From positions 27,528,442-27,592,000 of the forward strand of contig NW_024704747.1 in NCBI RefSeq assembly GCF_018977255.1: a stretch of DNA of 63,559 nt. The letters are read 5' to 3'. Of this stretch, positions 61,501 to 63,559 are shown piece after piece. The notes under the pieces are model-generated. The model had not been told where the DNA came from. It saw only the letters and a program-made list of their open reading frames with translations, and did no database searches. The DNA comes from Callorhinchus milii. Taxonomy: Eukaryota. Both the position numbers and the translations under genes were made by a program. Position 1 is the stretch's first letter; each line of letters begins with the position of its first letter.

Positions 61501-63332
61501 GATCTCTTCGGTTCTCAATCCTGACTTTACTGCACCCCAGAGGCACCAAGTGGAGATCTCTCATCGTGAGGAATAGAAGGGAAATATACAAAAAGGCCCC
61601 ATTCACCAGGTCACAAACTAAAAGCACATCATTCGTAACTTCAACCAGGCCTCTGTGATGTGGTAATAACAAAGCATTACCATGGCTTTAGATAGGAAGG
61701 GCAGGTTGGGTACGGGTTGGTATGTTTTAAGAGGAAGGTGATACTGCCAATCTGACTCGAACAATTCTCAGCTTTTTTCTACAGGGACCTTACAGATTGC
61801 ATTGGTGCCTTTAGTTTGTACAACTTCATACCCTTTCTCATTCCTCTGTAACAGTAAGCAGTATTTGAATCCCTTGTCCCTTGTACTCTTGCAGATGACC
61901 CAAGGATGGACATTTTGCTGACACGAAAGCACGCATTACATGAGGCCATGTGATATTTTTAAAATAAAATCTTAGAAAGAAGCTGCAGAGACTCACGTGT
62001 TTGATGAAGAGACTTGCCAGCCGTTCTGGTTCAAGAAGGCATCTTTCCAGTTCCCCCATGAAAAAACTGCAAGTTTATACGAATAACAATTAGACATAAA
62101 CTCTGTGTGGGCTCCTACTGCTTATCTGCAGCTCTGAACACTGCGAATACAATATGCAACTCCTCACATCAACCAGCGGAGTCAGCCAAAAACATTGTTT
62201 TTTTGTATTTAAAAAAAATCACGGCCCACACTTGACTGACACAAGTGGTTTATTGAGTATTTGCCGAGGAAGAAAATGTTAAAAAGTTTGCTAAATATTC
62301 TAGCACAGTATTAATAATAATCATCCACGCATCTGATATAATACACAATAATAATCCTTGTATTTGATAATAATGCCTTATCACAGTGTTGAGACGTCTC
62401 AAAGTTATATGTACTATATATTAATATATATTTATATATTATTATAACACTTCATGTGTTCATGTGTTCAGAGCCGTAGAAAAAATATTTTTTAACCTAT
62501 ATATTTTTAAAAATTACAGCACCTTTCGTGCAAGGAGTACATCTCGATGCGCTTCACATGATTTACTGTATAACCCAGTGCATTAGGGGCAGACTAACTA
62601 ACCAGAAATGTACCTGATGGGCTGCCTCGATTCGTAAGAGAGATGGAAAAAATATTTTCAGCCCAAAGAACTCCCTGATGCTCATCATTAAGAAAAGAAT
62701 CAATATCAAACATCTTTTGTGTGGCAAAAAATATACTTAAATCAGTGATTCATTCCTCTCACTAATAGCTCAGTGGATGAATGCACTATGTGGTGTGATA
62801 TGCAAAACCAGGAGGTTTATTACAGCTAAGACCAAATCAGGAATTAACTTGCAAACTGTTAATTTCTTCCATCAGTGAGAATTCTTTGCACCAACTACAC
62901 ACTCACCTATTATGCCAGTCGTAGATCTGATGAATGTTTCCAAATACAATCTTATCTTTTCCTTTCATGTCTTCGGGAATTCCCTTTTCTTCCACTTTTT
63001 TCATGAAAGCCTGAATGATCAGAAAATGCACAGAAACTGTCATCGCCACCATAACACACGAGAAGGTTTTGTTTTTTAGGAGCTATGACTGAACAAGGCG
63101 GAAGCTATGGAATTCACATGAATTTTCATCAATAAATCCAATCGAACCTTTGAAAGGGTTCAGAAGTTATAAAAGTTGAGAGTAGGGGCAAAATGGACCC
63201 TTCAATGAACAACAGAGAAAACGTCTCAATTATCAAGGACACTGAATAGATTGAATGTCTCGTACCTCAACAACAATTCCCAAGTCTTTCACATAATCCT
63301 TCTCAGTTTGCACAAGTTCATTGAGAACATAC
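42981..63332 (-). CDS. KALRN: Kalirin RhoGEF kinase, 3' portion (DH2-PH2-SH3-Ig-FN3-Ser/Thr kinase); 5' part outside the window
   Basis: 22 phase-consistent exons; motifs [78 protein letters not shown]; tandem with UMPS as in mammals, favouring KALRN over TRIO. Confidence 0.95.
44241..44379 (-). CDS. KALRN: KALRN exon (kinase)
   Basis: [10 protein letters not shown]...[16 protein letters not shown]. Confidence 0.93.
44579..44779 (-). CDS. KALRN: KALRN exon (kinase N-lobe)
   Basis: GRFSVVKKC...VAVKFI...YILVLE. Confidence 0.94.
44901..45225 (-). mobile_element. Full-length tRNA-derived SINE, young family
   Basis: Near-identical to the 18866 copy. Confidence 0.93.
45875..45953 (-). CDS. KALRN: KALRN exon (kinase start)
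   Basis: [25 protein letters not shown]. Confidence 0.9.
46206..46373 (-). CDS. KALRN: KALRN exon (FN3)
   Basis: [21 protein letters not shown]...[14 protein letters not shown]. Confidence 0.93.
46843..46974 (-). CDS. KALRN: KALRN exon (FN3)
   Basis: [25 protein letters not shown]...YREE. Confidence 0.93.
47458..47579 (-). CDS. KALRN: KALRN exon (Ig)
   Basis: [26 protein letters not shown]...IKVQ. Confidence 0.93.
48217..48379 (-). CDS. KALRN: KALRN exon (Ig)
   Basis: PPEFLIPL...[19 protein letters not shown]. Confidence 0.93.
48522..48549 (-). CDS. KALRN: KALRN 28-nt micro-exon
   Basis: ccacag|LLNPNFIHE|gtaaga; needed for phase. Confidence 0.88.
51158..51217 (-). CDS. KALRN: KALRN 60-nt frame-preserving exon
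   Basis: [20 protein letters not shown]. Confidence 0.88.
52645..52780 (-). CDS. KALRN: KALRN exon
   Basis: [14 protein letters not shown]...[11 protein letters not shown]. Confidence 0.88.
54147..54394 (-). CDS. KALRN: KALRN exon (second SH3)
   Basis: [12 protein letters not shown]...[12 protein letters not shown]...AEGWIPG...EGSI. Confidence 0.92.
56045..56441 (-). mobile_element. Full-length SINE, long-centre subfamily, duplicated tail
   Basis: Head, extra ccaatcgaccagcaactgggttggttcctacttactgctgg block, tail; flanked by ~100-bp direct repeats. Confidence 0.88.
56704..56945 (-). CDS. KALRN: KALRN exon (Pro/Ser-rich linker)
   Basis: [11 protein letters not shown]...GPEKPPKG...GDKYEESK. 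Confidence 0.88.
57145..57316 (-). CDS. KALRN: KALRN exon (PH2)
   Basis: [19 protein letters not shown]...[17 protein letters not shown]. Confidence 0.93.
58600..58785 (-). CDS. KALRN: KALRN exon (PH2)
   Basis: [17 protein letters not shown]...ERRVFLFEQ...CIK. Confidence 0.93.
59207..59284 (-). CDS. KALRN: KALRN exon (DH2/PH2)
   Basis: [26 protein letters not shown]. Confidence 0.93.
59589..59911. mobile_element. Possible Tigger-type MITE
   Basis: Imperfect TIRs CAGGACAACCCTGTTATAAC / GTTATAACCGGTTTCCTCTG. Confidence 0.45.
60081..60131 (-). CDS. KALRN: KALRN exon (DH2)
   Basis: [17 protein letters not shown]. Confidence 0.91.
60702..60794 (-). CDS. KALRN: KALRN exon (DH2)
   Basis: [31 protein letters not shown]. 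Confidence 0.93.
61175..61261 (-). CDS. KALRN: KALRN exon (DH2)
   Basis: [29 protein letters not shown]. Confidence 0.93.
61997..62066 (-). CDS. KALRN: KALRN exon (DH2)
   Basis: [23 protein letters not shown]. Confidence 0.92.
62907..63010 (-). CDS. KALRN: KALRN exon (DH2)
   Basis: [34 protein letters not shown]. Confidence 0.93.
63266..63332 (-). CDS. KALRN: KALRN exon (DH2 start)
   Basis: [26 protein letters not shown] bounded. Confidence 0.93.
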
Positions 63333-63559
63333 CTGTGATGAAACAATGACAGATTATGTACCATTACGTTAAGAATCCTGATTGCACAGCAATCGGTTTG
63401 CAATTGATAGTATCCTATTCCAATCAGAATTGTCAGAGATGCCGTCTTAAAAGAATCAGTACAAAAGGATAAAGGGTATCTAGATACGGTTGAAGTGAGA
63501 ACAGAAATAATGCCTGAACACGTGTTCCTTTTGACCAAAGATTCTTACTTAAGAGGTAT

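Noticed and set aside
42981-63332. TRIO instead of KALRN
   Set aside because: Short post-PH2 linker, the [14 protein letters not shown] exon, the FN3 domain and UMPS adjacency fit KALRN.

Overview
Vertebrate nuclear DNA, not prokaryotic. It has spliced genes, CpG islands and abundant SINE/LINE debris. The HER1/CR1-type LINE tails, Deu-domain SINEs and compact introns point to a cartilaginous fish, possibly a chimaera such as the elephant shark (inference). I reconstructed four protein-coding genes exon by exon by recalled homology to vertebrate orthologues, checking splice sites and phase: DCAF17 (+, 14 coding exons, 1710-16702), CYBRD1 (+, 4 exons, 26897-30368), UMPS (-, 6 exons, 36429-32798) and the 3' part of KALRN (-, 22 exons covering DH2-PH2-SH3-Ig-FN3-kinase, 63332-42981, continuing past the right edge). 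A ZNF143/THAP11-motif CpG-island promoter sits at the left edge. Most ORFs in the supplied track are spurious. I found no convincing wholly new biological system. The best oddities are: a young 123-bp duplication of the DCAF17 exon-4 acceptor between two SINEs, with a weakened branch point in the decoy copy; a 1-nt frameshift in the last DCAF17 exon that a second acceptor 8 nt downstream would rescue; a SINE flanked by ~100-bp direct repeats; a GC-AG intron in UMPS; KALRN isoform signals; and a tail-to-tail CYBRD1/UMPS junction of two blocks that lie on different human chromosomes.
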